DNA from: a virus
IMG/VR virus record: IMGVR_UViG_3300036781_000275
Coordinates: 1 to 64,000 of that record
DNA: 64,000 nt
Reading direction: 5' to 3' (one strand)
The position numbers were made by a program, and so were the translations under genes. How positions within the stretch are numbered: the first letter of the stretch is position 1; each line of letters starts with the position of its first letter. Positions 1-9,482 of the stretch are shown in pieces. The notes under the pieces are model-generated. The model was not told the DNA's origin, searched no databases, and saw nothing but the letters and a program-made list of their open reading frames with translations.

Positions 1-3000
1 TGTATTCGATCCGCGCCAACCACACGTTCGCCGATGCCAAATAGGACATCACGCTCGCGCCTTCCGCGGCGCTCACGCCCTGCAAACCGCCGCTATTCGA
101 GGCGGATGTCGGCGACGCTGCCCCACCGCCACCCCCACCGCCACCGCCGCCCGTGTCCGTGGCAGTCGTCGTCGGGTTCGCCTTCGCCTCGGCATCGAGA
201 AATTGTTGAATCTCCCGATTTAGCTCGCGCTGCGCGTCGGTCAGCTCCTGTCCGGGCGTGACCTTCGTGAACAGCGCGCGAATCTGATCATCTGACATGC
301 CGCCAAAGCCGAACAGATCCCTTAGTGTGTCGACCTGATCGCCGGGCGTCGTGCCAAACACGTCGAACTGCACCTGCAAATCACTGACGGCTTCGTTGAT
401 CTTCCGAATCGATTCGGCGATCGCGTCAGCAGCTGCCTGTGCGGCGCTGGCCTGATCCTCGTACTGATAAATCAGTTTGAGGATTTCTTTGTCTGAATCT
501 GACGCCGCGTCCATTTCCATCTGACGTTTCAGCGCGAGTTCATCGGCGCTATCACCTTCGGCTTGGTAGAGCCGAATCATCAGATTGTTCGTGGTCTCCA
601 GCTTCTGACGCGCTTCCTCGGCCTGCTTCGCTGCATACTCGGCAAAGTCGGCCGCCAACGTCAACGACGGATCGAGTCCATTGTCGATCGCATGCTGCAT
701 ATCGGCCAAGAGCCGGTTCTGGAATTCCAAAGCATCGGCTTCATCGTTGTGACCGGTCGCGCGGAGAATGCGCAAATTCGCATCCTGATCAATCTCCCGC
801 TGCGTCGCCGCGGTCGCTAAGACCACCGCCGTATGTAGCGCAAGCCATTGATCGATCACCGACTGCGGCACGCCGGCCCATGCCGGTGCGGTGCCGGTCG
901 TTTCGATCTGGTGCAAAATATCCGGCGTAAAATTGCCGTGCCCGGTCAGCCCGTTGCCTTGGGCGTCGTAACCGGCTGCTTCAAACTTGTCCTGTGCATC
1001 CTTGGCCGCCGACAGGACGCTCTGCAAGCGCTGAATGAACTGATCCTCGGTGCCCGCCATCGAGTCGGTAATTGACCGCACGGCCGTGTTCAGCGCCGTC
1101 ATTGAGTCGACAAACGCCTGCTCGCGCGCCGCCCACTCCGCCGCAATGCGTGCCTGCTCTGCTTCGAGCGCTTTTGTTTCCGCTAAGCCGCCTTCAAAAA
1201 TGCCGACGATCGCCCCAATGACGGCCCCAACCGGGCCGCCGGCGGATCCGCTCTGCGCGCCCGACGCCGCACCGGATCCGCCGTTGCCGCCGATCGTGCT
1301 GCTCTCGCGTGCGGCATCGGCCGCGGACTCGGCGACCTTCAGCATTGCCTGCACGAGTAGCGCCGTTTGCTGATCTGCTTGGCTTAGCGCGCCAACGATG
1401 CCGCCCACAACGTCGAACACGTTGCGCATCGACCGCTCCCATTCCTTCGTCGCGGCGTTCGCGTCCTTGATCTCTTGCTTGAGTCCAGCATCGAGATCGA
1501 CCGTACTAAACTTCTTCTGGCCAAACGCATCACCGCCCGGCCCGCCTTCGGCGGCCATCGCGGCCTGAAGATCCTTGAAGTTCTGCGTTTGCGCCGTCGC
1601 CGACGTGATCGCAGCCGTGTAGGCGTCCCATACCGCCGTCACATGGCCTGTCGTCTCGCCGGCCTTCGCGAGCGCCGCGTCGACGAGTTCCGCGGCGCTT
1701 TCTGCATCGAGAAACGATTGCGTGAATGCGTCTATCGGATGCACGATGGCATCCGCCGCCGACTCAAACGCCTGCACGGTTTCAATGTTCTTGTTGAACG
1801 CGTCGTCGGTACGTTGGATCTGCTCTTGTTGCTCCTTGAATTTCTGTGTTTCCTTGTCGAGCGAGTCGGCCAGCTCGGCCGCCGTCGACTTCGCGACTGC
1901 CATCTTATCGACGTAATCGTTGAGCGCTTTGACGATCTCCACCGTGTTCCCCACGGCGTTTTTCGTTTTCTGGATCTTCGCATCTTCCTGAATGTTCAGC
2001 AGGGCAATGGCGAGCGTACCTTTGTTATAGCCAGCGTTCAACGCATTCTGTTTGTCGAGTTCCTCCTGCGAAGCCCCCACCGCTTTTTTGATTGACGCGG
2101 CCGTTTCATCCTGTGCTTTTTGATGCGCCACTAGCGATGCCGTGCGCTTCTTCATGGCCGCGTCGGCCGCTTCGTATGCCTTCGTCTGCTCGTCGGTCAT
2201 GCCGTCGAGCGACTTGTAGCCCGTAATGACGCCCGCGATGGCCTGCTCCCACCCGCTCAGCGTGAGCAAATCGGGTTTCTGCGCCGTGACATTCGCGATC
2301 GCGTTCGTGAATTTGTCCCACGTGCTGAGGTTTGTTTTGAGCGCGAGATCCATCGACTGGACTGCCCACCCGAGTGCGTTGATGAACCCGGCGATCGGGC
2401 TCGATGTGCCCGGCGACAGTTCCAACAGATCGTGGAAGTCGTTCTTCAGCCCGCGTAGCGCGCCGCCAAGCGTATCCTTGGCCGCTGCGGCTGCGCCGCC
2501 GAACTTTTGCTGCACCACGTCGAGAATGATGTTCTGCGCCTTCGCCGCGTCGCCGGTCTCATACAACGACTTGATCAGCTCCTGCTGTCCTTCCGTGAAC
2601 GTGACGCCCGTGCGGCGCAGCATGGTCAGGCCGACGCTCGGATCCTCCAGCGCCTTTCCGAGCTGAAGCGCGGCGCTCTGCGCATCGGTGCCCATGCCGC
2701 GCGCGAGATCCGTAACCGCGGCCGTCGCGCGGACCAACACGTCGCCGCTAATGTTGCCCATCGTGAGCAGGAATGCTTCCGCACCCTCCACGGCCGCATG
2801 CGAAAACCCGGTCTGCTCCTGCAAGGCATAGGCGAGTTCGGTCAATTTGGAAACCGACTCGCCCGCCGCGCCGCCCGTCGAGCGAATGCGGGCTTCGAGC
2901 TGCGCGAGCGCATCTTCAGACTCTGACGACGACTTGATGATCTCGCGCGAGAGTGCCCCAGCGCCCAGTATTTCGGTGAGCCCACCAAATGCTTTGCTCA

Positions 3001-3142
3001 ACTGATCGAACGCGTCTTTGATCTGGTTCGCCGCCTTGGATCCGGCGTCACCGGCGTCGCGCGATGCGTTTTTGAAGTTGGCAAAACCGGAGACCGCGCC
3101 GGCCGAATCAACTGTCAGTGAAAGACTGTAGAGATCCGCCAT
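1..3142 (-). CDS. tail tape measure protein (N-terminal part; runs off the left edge)
   Basis: ATG at 3142 gives MADLYSLSLTVDSAGAVSGFANFKNASRD...; Ala/Asp-rich helical sequence; directly follows the tail assembly chaperone; missing from the ORF track, consistent with no stop in the window. Confidence 0.88.
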   Translation of the reverse strand, partial: MADLYSLSLTVDSAGAVSGFANFKNASRDAGDAGSKAANQIKDAFDQLSKAFGGLTEILGAGALSREIIKSSSESEDALAQLEARIRSTGGAAGESVSKLTELAYALQEQTGFSHAAVEGAEAFLLTMGNISGDVLVRATAAVTDLARGMGTDAQSAALQLGKALEDPSVGLTMLRRTGVTFTEGQQELIKSLYETGDAAKAQNIILDVVQQKFGGAAAAAKDTLGGALRGLKNDFHDLLELSPGTSSPIAGFINALGWAVQSMDLALKTNLSTWDKFTNAIANVTAQKPDLLTLSGWEQAIAGVITGYKSLDGMTDEQTKAYEAADAAMKKRTASLVAHQKAQDETAASIKKAVGASQEELDKQNALNAGYNKGTLAIALLNIQEDAKIQKTKNAVGNTVEIVKALNDYVDKMAVAKSTAAELADSLDKETQKFKEQQEQIQRTDDAFNKNIETVQAFESAADAIVHPIDAFTQSFLDAESAAELVDAALAKAGETTGHVTAVWDAYTAAITSATAQTQNFKDLQAAMAAEGGPGGDAFGQKKFSTVDLDAGLKQEIKDANAATKEWERSMRNVFDVVGGIVGALSQADQQTALLVQAMLKVAESAADAARESSTIGGNGGSGAASGAQSGSAGGPVGAVIGAIVGIFEGGLAETKALEAEQARIAAEWAAREQAFVDSMTALNTAVRSITDSMAGTEDQFIQRLQSVLSAAKDAQDKFEAAGYDAQGNGLTGHGNFTPDILHQIETTGTAPAWAGVPQSVIDQWLALHTAVVLATAATQREIDQDANLRILRATGHNDEADALEFQNRLLADMQHAIDNGLDPSLTLAADFAEYAAKQAEEARQKLETTNNLMIRLYQAEGDSADELALKRQMEMDAASDSDKEILKLIYQYEDQASAAQAAADAIAESIRKINEAVSDLQVQFDVFGTTPGDQVDTLRDLFGFGGMSDDQIRALFTKVTPGQELTDAQRELNREIQQFLDAEAKANPTTTATDTGGGGGGGGGGAASPTSASNSGGLQGVSAAEGASVMSYLASANVWLARIEY

Positions 3143-3168
3143 GGTCGGTCCCGGTTATTGCCCGTGCA

Positions 3169-3555
3169 CTATTTCCGTTTCTGTTGTTTCGACGCGAGGA
3201 ATTCGAGGAACGTCCCGTCCACCGCGTCAATCAATGCCAAGTCGAACAGTGAAAGCGTCTGCCGGTAGTTGTGCTCCCACGCCTGAATGTCCTGCTGCGT
3301 AATTCTGCTCACGCCGCCCATCCCAACCTGTCGCTTCGGATGCAACTGCGTGAGAAACACGGTCCGCCATATCCACTCCACCTCTTCCGGCAATGGGGGG
3401 CCATCGAGTGCGGTTTCATCGGGTTCCAACCCACTCTCGATCGCCCCTTCGATCGTTTGCCGCCACGTGAGCAGCGAGTCGTCGCTTACTCGGTCGTTGA
3501 TTCGCCAGTACCACTTGGCGTATTCGACGAGCTGCTCGCGGCAGGAGTCAAAAAA
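3169..3555 (-). CDS. -1 frameshift extension of the tail assembly chaperone (gpGT-like)
   Basis: -1 frame after T TTT TTG (3549-3555) is open to 3169: FFDSCREQLVEYAKWYW...IDAVDGTFLEFL. Confidence 0.75.
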   Translation of the reverse strand, partial: FFDSCREQLVEYAKWYWRINDRVSDDSLLTWRQTIEGAIESGLEPDETALDGPPLPEEVEWIWRTVFLTQLHPKRQVGMGGVSRITQQDIQAWEHNYRQTLSLFDLALIDAVDGTFLEFLASKQQKRK

Positions 3556-3971
3556 TTGGCGTTCTCTCCCATGAATTCGCCGACCTGTCCGCGCAACCAC
3601 GGCCGTACGCGATAGAGCATCGCGATGTTCGCCGGCGTGCATTCGAGCGGCTCACCCTTCCACTCGACGCCCCTCCACCACTTCGTGAGCGCCGTGTACA
3701 GCTCGATCAGATACGCCGTGGTCTCCGCGTCCGTCATGGGCCGGCCGAGCCGTTTGCGCTGACGATCGCGCGCTTTCTTTTTGATCGCTTCCGCCGTCGA
3801 CGACTCCAGTCCCAACAGACCGATCTGCATCGGCGTCTTCCCGTCCGCCGCATAAAGCTGCGACCGGTCGATCGGGCTGAGGACGTCCATCGTGGCCGCC
3901 TCGTCCTGCATGGCGGTCAGATCGAGGTCATCCAGCGTCGGCCGTTTGTCCTGCGTGTTGTCCGTGCTCAT
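3486..3971 (-). CDS. tail assembly chaperone (gpG-like)
   Basis: MSTDNTQDK... lies between tail tube and tape measure genes; contains slippery AAT TTT TTG near its 3' end. Confidence 0.8.
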   Translation of the reverse strand: MSTDNTQDKRPTLDDLDLTAMQDEAATMDVLSPIDRSQLYAADGKTPMQIGLLGLESSTAEAIKKKARDRQRKRLGRPMTDAETTAYLIELYTALTKWWRGVEWKGEPLECTPANIAMLYRVRPWLRGQVGEFMGENANFLTPAASSSSNTPSGTGESTTE

Positions 3972-4108
3972 ACGTTGCTGCCTCATCGTGCGATGCCGGC
4001 GCGCACCGCTGCGCGCCGGGTTCCGTTCCGCTCGCCGTAGAGACGTGTCGCCAGAGAGGAAGCGGCTCCCCCGAGCGCATGGCCGTAGCCCGACACGCCT
4101 CGCCGCTG

Positions 4109-5023
4109 TTACGGCGTGCGCGTGATTTTGAGTGTGGTGTCCGTCGCGTCGACGCGCGCCTTCCACCCGAGCTTTTGCGAAATGCTGTTGTTCGGCCCCG
4201 GATTCGGGTTGCCGAGTTCCGTGATGTACGCCTTCGCAATCGCGAACGCGTACTTGAGGCTCGACACTCCGCCGAATGTGAATGCGAGGGACGTCAGCGT
4301 ATGCGCGAGGAACTTCGCGGTGTACGTGTCGTCCTGAAAGTACAGCATGATCGAGCCTTCGAGCATGAACTGGCCCGGCAGAATGTCGAGCGGGTTCACG
4401 TTTGCAAGCTGCGGCTGGTTGATGATGCCGCGCGTGATTTTGAGTTGCAGCTCGGTCGCACCAGCCACCGACCCTGACCCGCCCTCCTGAATGAGCTGGA
4501 TCGAGTTGATCGGATCCATCACGGCGTTCGTGCCCACCGCCGTGTATGCGCCAGCGCCGGCCGTTGCGCTGGCCGAGATCATCGGGTTCGACGAGCCCTT
4601 CACGGATGCCGTCATGATCTTGCCGAGTGCCACGTCAATATCCAGCTCAGACGCCTGCCATCCCTTGTACGTCTGGAAACGGCCGATGTCCGTGAACGCC
4701 CGCTCCATCGTCAGCGCCTGTCGGGTCGTGCCCACCTTCAGCACGTTCGTCGCCCATGACGCCGCGAAGAGCGAGCCCATGATGTCGTCGAGCGCGCCAA
4801 ACGTGAGTTCCGAATCGAACCCAAGGTCTGCGCCCTGTTCGACCTGCACGATGTCCGCGATTTCCGCGTTCGCCGTGTTCTGCGCGCTGACGATGGTCGT
4901 TTTCTTCGGCGTGTCCGTGATCTTCGTGTACGGCAGTGCCTGCAACGCGGATGCTGGCGTGGTGCCACGCGTGACTTCCTTGATGTAGCCGAGCTGCTCT
5001 TTGTGGGAAATGGCAACGGTCAT
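4109..5023 (-). CDS. major tail (tube) protein
   Basis: 304 aa, N-terminal YIKEVTRGTTP motif typical of tail tube proteins; canonical position. Confidence 0.85.
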   Translation of the reverse strand: MTVAISHKEQLGYIKEVTRGTTPASALQALPYTKITDTPKKTTIVSAQNTANAEIADIVQVEQGADLGFDSELTFGALDDIMGSLFAASWATNVLKVGTTRQALTMERAFTDIGRFQTYKGWQASELDIDVALGKIMTASVKGSSNPMISASATAGAGAYTAVGTNAVMDPINSIQLIQEGGSGSVAGATELQLKITRGIINQPQLANVNPLDILPGQFMLEGSIMLYFQDDTYTAKFLAHTLTSLAFTFGGVSSLKYAFAIAKAYITELGNPNPGPNNSISQKLGWKARVDATDTTLKITRTP

Positions 5024-5043
5024 TGGTCAGTTCTCCGCGTGGT

Positions 5044-5487
5044 TCACTGGATGTACTGGTACTCGTACGTCACGAGCACCGGCAGTTTGTCCCAACCGTT
5101 CTCCGATCTGTTCCCGCCTTTCTGCGCGCTCAACACCATCGGTGCGGCGATCGCGCCGGCGAGCGTGAGCTGCGCCCCTTGAAACGCCACGACGATCGCG
5201 TTCGCGAGTGCCATCTGCGCGTTGTAGCCGTCGCCCAGCGGCACGCACACATCGACCTCGTACACAGACCGCACCGCCACATACTTCTGGTCGCCGCCCA
5301 TCGCGCGATACGTTTCGTTCGACACGAGCGACATTTCCTGAAGCCAGAAGACGCCTTTCCCAGTTTCTGGGTTCGGCTTCGCGAATGCCGGCGACTCGCG
5401 GTAATACGACACCTTCGTGTCGTCGATGCCCGCGACTGTCACCAGTCGGTTGCGCATCATGCCGAGTTCGCCGTCTTGAATGGCCAC
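5044..5487 (-). CDS. tail terminator/completion protein
   Basis: 147 aa immediately upstream of the tail tube gene; EVDVCVPLGDG...ALANAIVVAF pattern. Confidence 0.65.
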   Translation of the reverse strand: MAIQDGELGMMRNRLVTVAGIDDTKVSYYRESPAFAKPNPETGKGVFWLQEMSLVSNETYRAMGGDQKYVAVRSVYEVDVCVPLGDGYNAQMALANAIVVAFQGAQLTLAGAIAAPMVLSAQKGGNRSENGWDKLPVLVTYEYQYIQ

Positions 5488-5498
5488 TCATCGCGTCC

Positions 5499-5930
5499 TC
5501 AATCCTTCGCGTTCTGCACGGCGCGATCCATGATCGCTCCCCATGCCGCGATCCCTGACTTGATCATGCCCGCGTGCGGCTCCACGTACGGCGCGTAGTG
5601 CGCGCTGAAGCCCATGCGCACCATGTCGCCGATCTTGATTTGCGTGAGCGCAGCCTGCACCGACGCATCCGCGGCGGACGCCGCCGAGAGCACCGCCCCC
5701 GTGTGTCGGCCCGCGATGTGGCGCGGATACGGCGCGCTGAGCGCAAACCCGCCCTCGCCGTTCACCTGCACGCTCAGCGAGACGCGCAGATAGCCCGTGT
5801 CGACCGGCGTCGCGCGCGCAATTACTTCGTGGAGCTGCGTGATCCCGTCGAACATGACACGCTTGCCGCGCCGCGCCACTTCGGCCGGCACCGTGAAAGC
5901 CAACGCGTACGCAAAGGCGTCTCCGTCCAT
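5499..5930 (-). CDS. HK97 gp10-like neck/tail completion protein
   Basis: TPVDTGYLR and YAPYVE motifs. Confidence 0.75.
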   Translation of the reverse strand: MDGDAFAYALAFTVPAEVARRGKRVMFDGITQLHEVIARATPVDTGYLRVSLSVQVNGEGGFALSAPYPRHIAGRHTGAVLSAASAADASVQAALTQIKIGDMVRMGFSAHYAPYVEPHAGMIKSGIAAWGAIMDRAVQNAKD

Positions 5931-5933
5931 GGC

Positions 5934-6347
5934 TCATCGCTCGACCCTGATCGTCCACAGCGCCGGCGCGCCCGTTGGCCCAACCGGCGTCGCGCCCGTG
6001 ATCTTTTTTGTTTCGGTTGCGGTCGCGCTCGTCGACATCGTGATGTCCATGCCCTGCTGCGGATTGAACAGGACGTCGGCCGCCGGCACCGTGATCTCCG
6101 CGTACTTCGTGAGGTCTTGCCCGCTCGTTGACGGTTCCTCTGCCCATGCACGTTTCACGGCGTCGATAATGGCGGCCGTGCTCGTCCATTCCGTCACGTA
6201 GCCCGGCGTCGGCGACGCTGGCGGCGCGTACACGCCAGTCGTGCGGTTCATGACGCCGCGCTCGGCCGGCCGCTTGACCGTGACCGTGCCGCGCACGCCC
6301 GTAGGAATGGCGCGCATGCCGCTCGCGACGATCGCCCCGAGATCCAT
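5934..6347 (-). CDS. putative head closure protein
   Basis: 137 aa, position between adaptor and gp10-like gene. Confidence 0.55.
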   Translation of the reverse strand: MDLGAIVASGMRAIPTGVRGTVTVKRPAERGVMNRTTGVYAPPASPTPGYVTEWTSTAAIIDAVKRAWAEEPSTSGQDLTKYAEITVPAADVLFNPQQGMDITMSTSATATETKKITGATPVGPTGAPALWTIRVER

Positions 6348-6350
6348 AGC

Positions 6351-6866
6351 TCAGATCAACCGTGGCTGCGAGGATCCCAGCACGTTGCCGCGCCGGAGAA
6401 TGTCCGCAATGCGTCCATACAGAAACTGCTCCGCGGCGCTCGTGCTATCCGCGCGCCATTCGAGTTCGACCGGCCCTGCCTTCAGGCGCTGAAGCGCCTG
6501 CTCATCACCCGGCAACAGCTTGTCCGTCGCCAGTCCGTTCCCAGCCATCCAGCACTGCAACTCGCCTTGTGCCTGCTTCACGCACGCCGGAATCTCGGTC
6601 AGGCTGTACGCGATACCGCTCGGGTGATAGATGTCGAACCGCGGAAACTGAAGGATCTGCGTGTCCGTCACCGGTCTCCCCATCCACGGGAACTGCGCGT
6701 CGATGATGCGCACCGCGCGCACCATCATCAGAATTTTCCCCGACGATCCGAGCGCCGACCACTGCGCCGCATTGAGATGCGGCGCAGCGTAGGCGTTGGC
6801 CTCGACCAACGTTTGGTAGCTGTTGGTTGATGGCCCCCCGACTGTCGTATCGAGCAGAACCGACAC
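6351..6866 (-). CDS. head-tail adaptor (DnaT-like family)
   Basis: NSYQTLVEANAY, WMG...QILQFPR, IPACVKQAQGEL motifs. Confidence 0.75.
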   Translation of the reverse strand: MSVLLDTTVGGPSTNSYQTLVEANAYAAPHLNAAQWSALGSSGKILMMVRAVRIIDAQFPWMGRPVTDTQILQFPRFDIYHPSGIAYSLTEIPACVKQAQGELQCWMAGNGLATDKLLPGDEQALQRLKAGPVELEWRADSTSAAEQFLYGRIADILRRGNVLGSSQPRLI

Positions 6867-6879
6867 TGGCTACCGCTCG

Positions 6880-7227
6880 TTACGCTGACGGCGCGTCCTG
6901 CGCCGGGTCTTTCGGTGCACCGCCCTGCGCGAGCTTGTCGGCATCCTTGTCGCCAGACACGGTGCCGGCGTTCAAATCATTGCCCGTGCCCACCGGCGTG
7001 TTGCCATTGCCGGCTGCGTCGCTCCCGCTACCAGCGCCCTTCGGCGCGCTCACGCTGCGGCCGGCCGACGCGCCGGCTGCTTTCTTCGCCGCGTTCTCCT
7101 TGGCGATCTGCTCTTTCTTCGCGGCTTCCGCCTTGTCGAGCTGATCCTGCTTCAGCGCGAGCGGATGCGTCTCGTCGATGATGACGGTCTTCCCGAACTT
7201 CTCGATGTGCCGCCTCTGCGTTGCCAT
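6880..7227 (-). CDS. hypothetical low-complexity protein in the head region
   Basis: 115 aa in gene order with RBS-like GAGGGA. Confidence 0.55.
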   Translation of the reverse strand: MATQRRHIEKFGKTVIIDETHPLALKQDQLDKAEAAKKEQIAKENAAKKAAGASAGRSVSAPKGAGSGSDAAGNGNTPVGTGNDLNAGTVSGDKDADKLAQGGAPKDPAQDAPSA

Positions 7228-7299
7228 GGCCGTACGTCCCTCGATTCGAAGTGGAACTGCTCGCTAGCTCCTCTGCTTTCCAGCCCCGCACCCCGCGAT

Positions 7300-7983
7300 T
7301 TACAGCGAGGCAACCAGCACGTACGCCGTGCACGCCACGTTCGTGTTGTGTGCGGCCGTGAAACGCAACGTGTCGCCGGCCGCAAACACGACCTGTGCCG
7401 GGTCGAACGTGCCCGCACGAATGATCGCGTTCACGGTGGCCGTCTTCGCCAACGCGTTCGTGATCGCGGTCGCGCCTTTCTTGAGCTGCACGGTGTCCAG
7501 CGTGGCATGCGCTGCGATCCCCGTGTTCAGGATGAAGAAATCGAGCACGCGCAGCGCGTCGTCGACGATGATGTCCGTGTCAGCAGACGCGTCGAGAATG
7601 TTCTGCATTAGCAGCCGCGCCACGCTGCCCTTCGTGCTCGCGCTGGCAATCGCGGTCCGCGGCGTGAGCAGCGGATCCACGAGCCCCTGATGCCGCACGT
7701 CCGTGATGTCCGTGATGAGCGCGGTGCCCGTCTTCACGATGTACAGGAACGTGGTCGTCGACGAAAACTTCGACGTGTTGCTCGTGATGTTGCCGTTGTC
7801 GTCCACTTCGACGTAATTCGTGGCGCTCGCCGCCAGCGCCACCGTCGCGCCCGGCGTGGACACAGGACCGCGCGCCGCGTCGATCCGCGCGCCGCCACGG
7901 ATCCGCAAGTTCAGGCCCTTGGTCAAGTCGTAATCGACGTCGAACATGCGCGATGCAAAGATGAACTTGTCGTGAGACAGCAT
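7300..7983 (-). CDS. putative capsid decoration/structural protein
   Basis: 227 aa, beta-rich, Thr/Ala-rich, directly downstream of the capsid gene. Confidence 0.5.
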   Translation of the reverse strand: MLSHDKFIFASRMFDVDYDLTKGLNLRIRGGARIDAARGPVSTPGATVALAASATNYVEVDDNGNITSNTSKFSSTTTFLYIVKTGTALITDITDVRHQGLVDPLLTPRTAIASASTKGSVARLLMQNILDASADTDIIVDDALRVLDFFILNTGIAAHATLDTVQLKKGATAITNALAKTATVNAIIRAGTFDPAQVVFAAGDTLRFTAAHNTNVACTAYVLVASL

Positions 7984-8013
7984 CGGTGGGATCGCTCCAG
8001 CAAAAAGGTCGGG

Positions 8014-8056
8014 AAAAGAAACGAGGGGTCGGGGCTGCTCCCCCGGCCCCTCGTTC
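8014..8056 (-). terminator. intrinsic terminator after the major capsid gene
   Basis: minus strand GAACGAGGGGCCGGGG-loop-CCCCGACCCCTCGTT followed by TCTTTT. Confidence 0.7.
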
Positions 8057-8091
8057 GGGAATTCCTACTGGTCCTGCGCGGTCTCAGCCGA

Positions 8092-9234
8092 TTACGCTTG
8101 CACCACGCGCAGTGCGAGCTGCGGATCGAGCAGCTTGACGCCGAACAGCGCGTCGAGCGCCACGACCACCTTCGAGTTGGTCTGGTCGTACCACATCCGC
8201 ACGCGCAGCGCGAGCTGCGTCTTCGGATCCGAGATCGACGACATCCGCGTGCCGCCGAACGACGCGCCCATCGTGGAGAGCGGGGCCATCGCGAGCGCCG
8301 CGAAATTGCGGTGGAACATCAGGTTCTGCCGCTTCGATGCGCCGCCGAGATAGAACGTCAGCACCTCCGCGCCCACCGTCGCCTGCTTGAGCGCCGGCGT
8401 GAATGCCAACGTCGCCGCATTGCCGTCCGCGTCCGTGCCGTCCGTCGAGATCACGTACCGCTGCGCGTCGCCGGCGATCGAGAACGAGTCGCCCGCCTTG
8501 TACGTGATGCCCGCCGTGAAGCCCGAGGCGAGAATCGAGCTGACGCCGATCGCGTTCGCGCCGTCGACGGTGCCCGTGAAGTCCGCGGACACGCCCGACG
8601 TGTGCGTCGGCATGTTCTGGTTCTGGAACATTTCGAAGTCGAACAGGCGGCCCATCGTGCCGCGGCGCACCGCGACGTCCTGCTGATTCGGCTGCATGCC
8701 CGACGCGGCCAGTCCCTTCAGGATCGCGGCTTCCGTCGCGCCGGTCACCCCGAAGAACAGGTTCTCCGAATCTTCGAGCGGCCACAGCAAGTCCGTCGCC
8801 GCGGCGCGCGCGTCCGCGATGTCGTTCAGCGTGAACGGCGTCGCAGCGAGGTAGTAGTTGGGGAGCTGCTTGTAGATCGCCGCGAGTGCGAGATCGATCT
8901 TGTCGGCGAGCGCGTACGCAGCGGGCCGAATGTGGTCGGTGATGATCTGCGGCGCGGAGAGCGTCAGATCCTTGTCGTTCAACCCGAACCGGACGCCCTT
9001 CCACGTGTCGAGATTGATCGACAGCGAGTCCGTGTTCAGATCCTGAATCGACGACGGCTCGTCCTGTGCGGTGAACGTGCCCGGTCGGCGGATCTGGATC
9101 GTCGACCCCTTCTGCTGCACGGTCGGGTCATAGCCGCGATAGACGCGGCTCGCGAAACCGAGCGCCTTTTCGAGCTGAATCAGCGCTTCCTGCGCGAAAA
9201 AGTCTTCGTCGTAATTGCCAAGATTGTTCGGCAT
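8092..9234 (-). CDS. major capsid protein (P22 coat/gp5-like HK97 fold)
   Basis: 380 aa; GSTIQIRRP, IRPAAYALADKID, NLMFHRNFAALA, LDALFGVKLLDPQLA motifs; strong RBS GAGGAG. Confidence 0.9.
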   Translation of the reverse strand: MPNNLGNYDEDFFAQEALIQLEKALGFASRVYRGYDPTVQQKGSTIQIRRPGTFTAQDEPSSIQDLNTDSLSINLDTWKGVRFGLNDKDLTLSAPQIITDHIRPAAYALADKIDLALAAIYKQLPNYYLAATPFTLNDIADARAAATDLLWPLEDSENLFFGVTGATEAAILKGLAASGMQPNQQDVAVRRGTMGRLFDFEMFQNQNMPTHTSGVSADFTGTVDGANAIGVSSILASGFTAGITYKAGDSFSIAGDAQRYVISTDGTDADGNAATLAFTPALKQATVGAEVLTFYLGGASKRQNLMFHRNFAALAMAPLSTMGASFGGTRMSSISDPKTQLALRVRMWYDQTNSKVVVALDALFGVKLLDPQLALRVVQA

Positions 9235-9254
9235 TGTCGGTCTCGCTCCTCAAC

Positions 9255-9448
9255 GGTTGGAAAACGAAAAGGCGCGCCACGCGGACACCCACGGCTGAGC
9301 AGTTGCAGCTCAACAGCAGTGAATCAGCGGAGCGCGCCTTGCGCGGTATCCGTGCCAGCTTTGCCGGCGGGGTCGTCAGTTGTCTTGCACGGGCGGCCTT
9401 TGGCCCTCGTGCCGGGTCACATCGGCTTGGCTTCTGTGACCTTGCTGG
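9255..9448 (-). promoter_or_regulatory. structured 5' leader of the capsid gene with terminator-like element
   Basis: several inverted repeats; AAGGCGCGC...GCGCGCCTTTTCGTTTT just before the RBS. Confidence 0.5.
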
Positions 9449-9453
9449 GAAAC

Positions 9454-9482
9454 ACGATAGTAGGCGTATCCGATCGTGTCAA
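9454..9482 (-). promoter_or_regulatory. sigma70-like promoter for the capsid gene
   Basis: TTGACA-17 bp-TATCGT. Confidence 0.6.
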
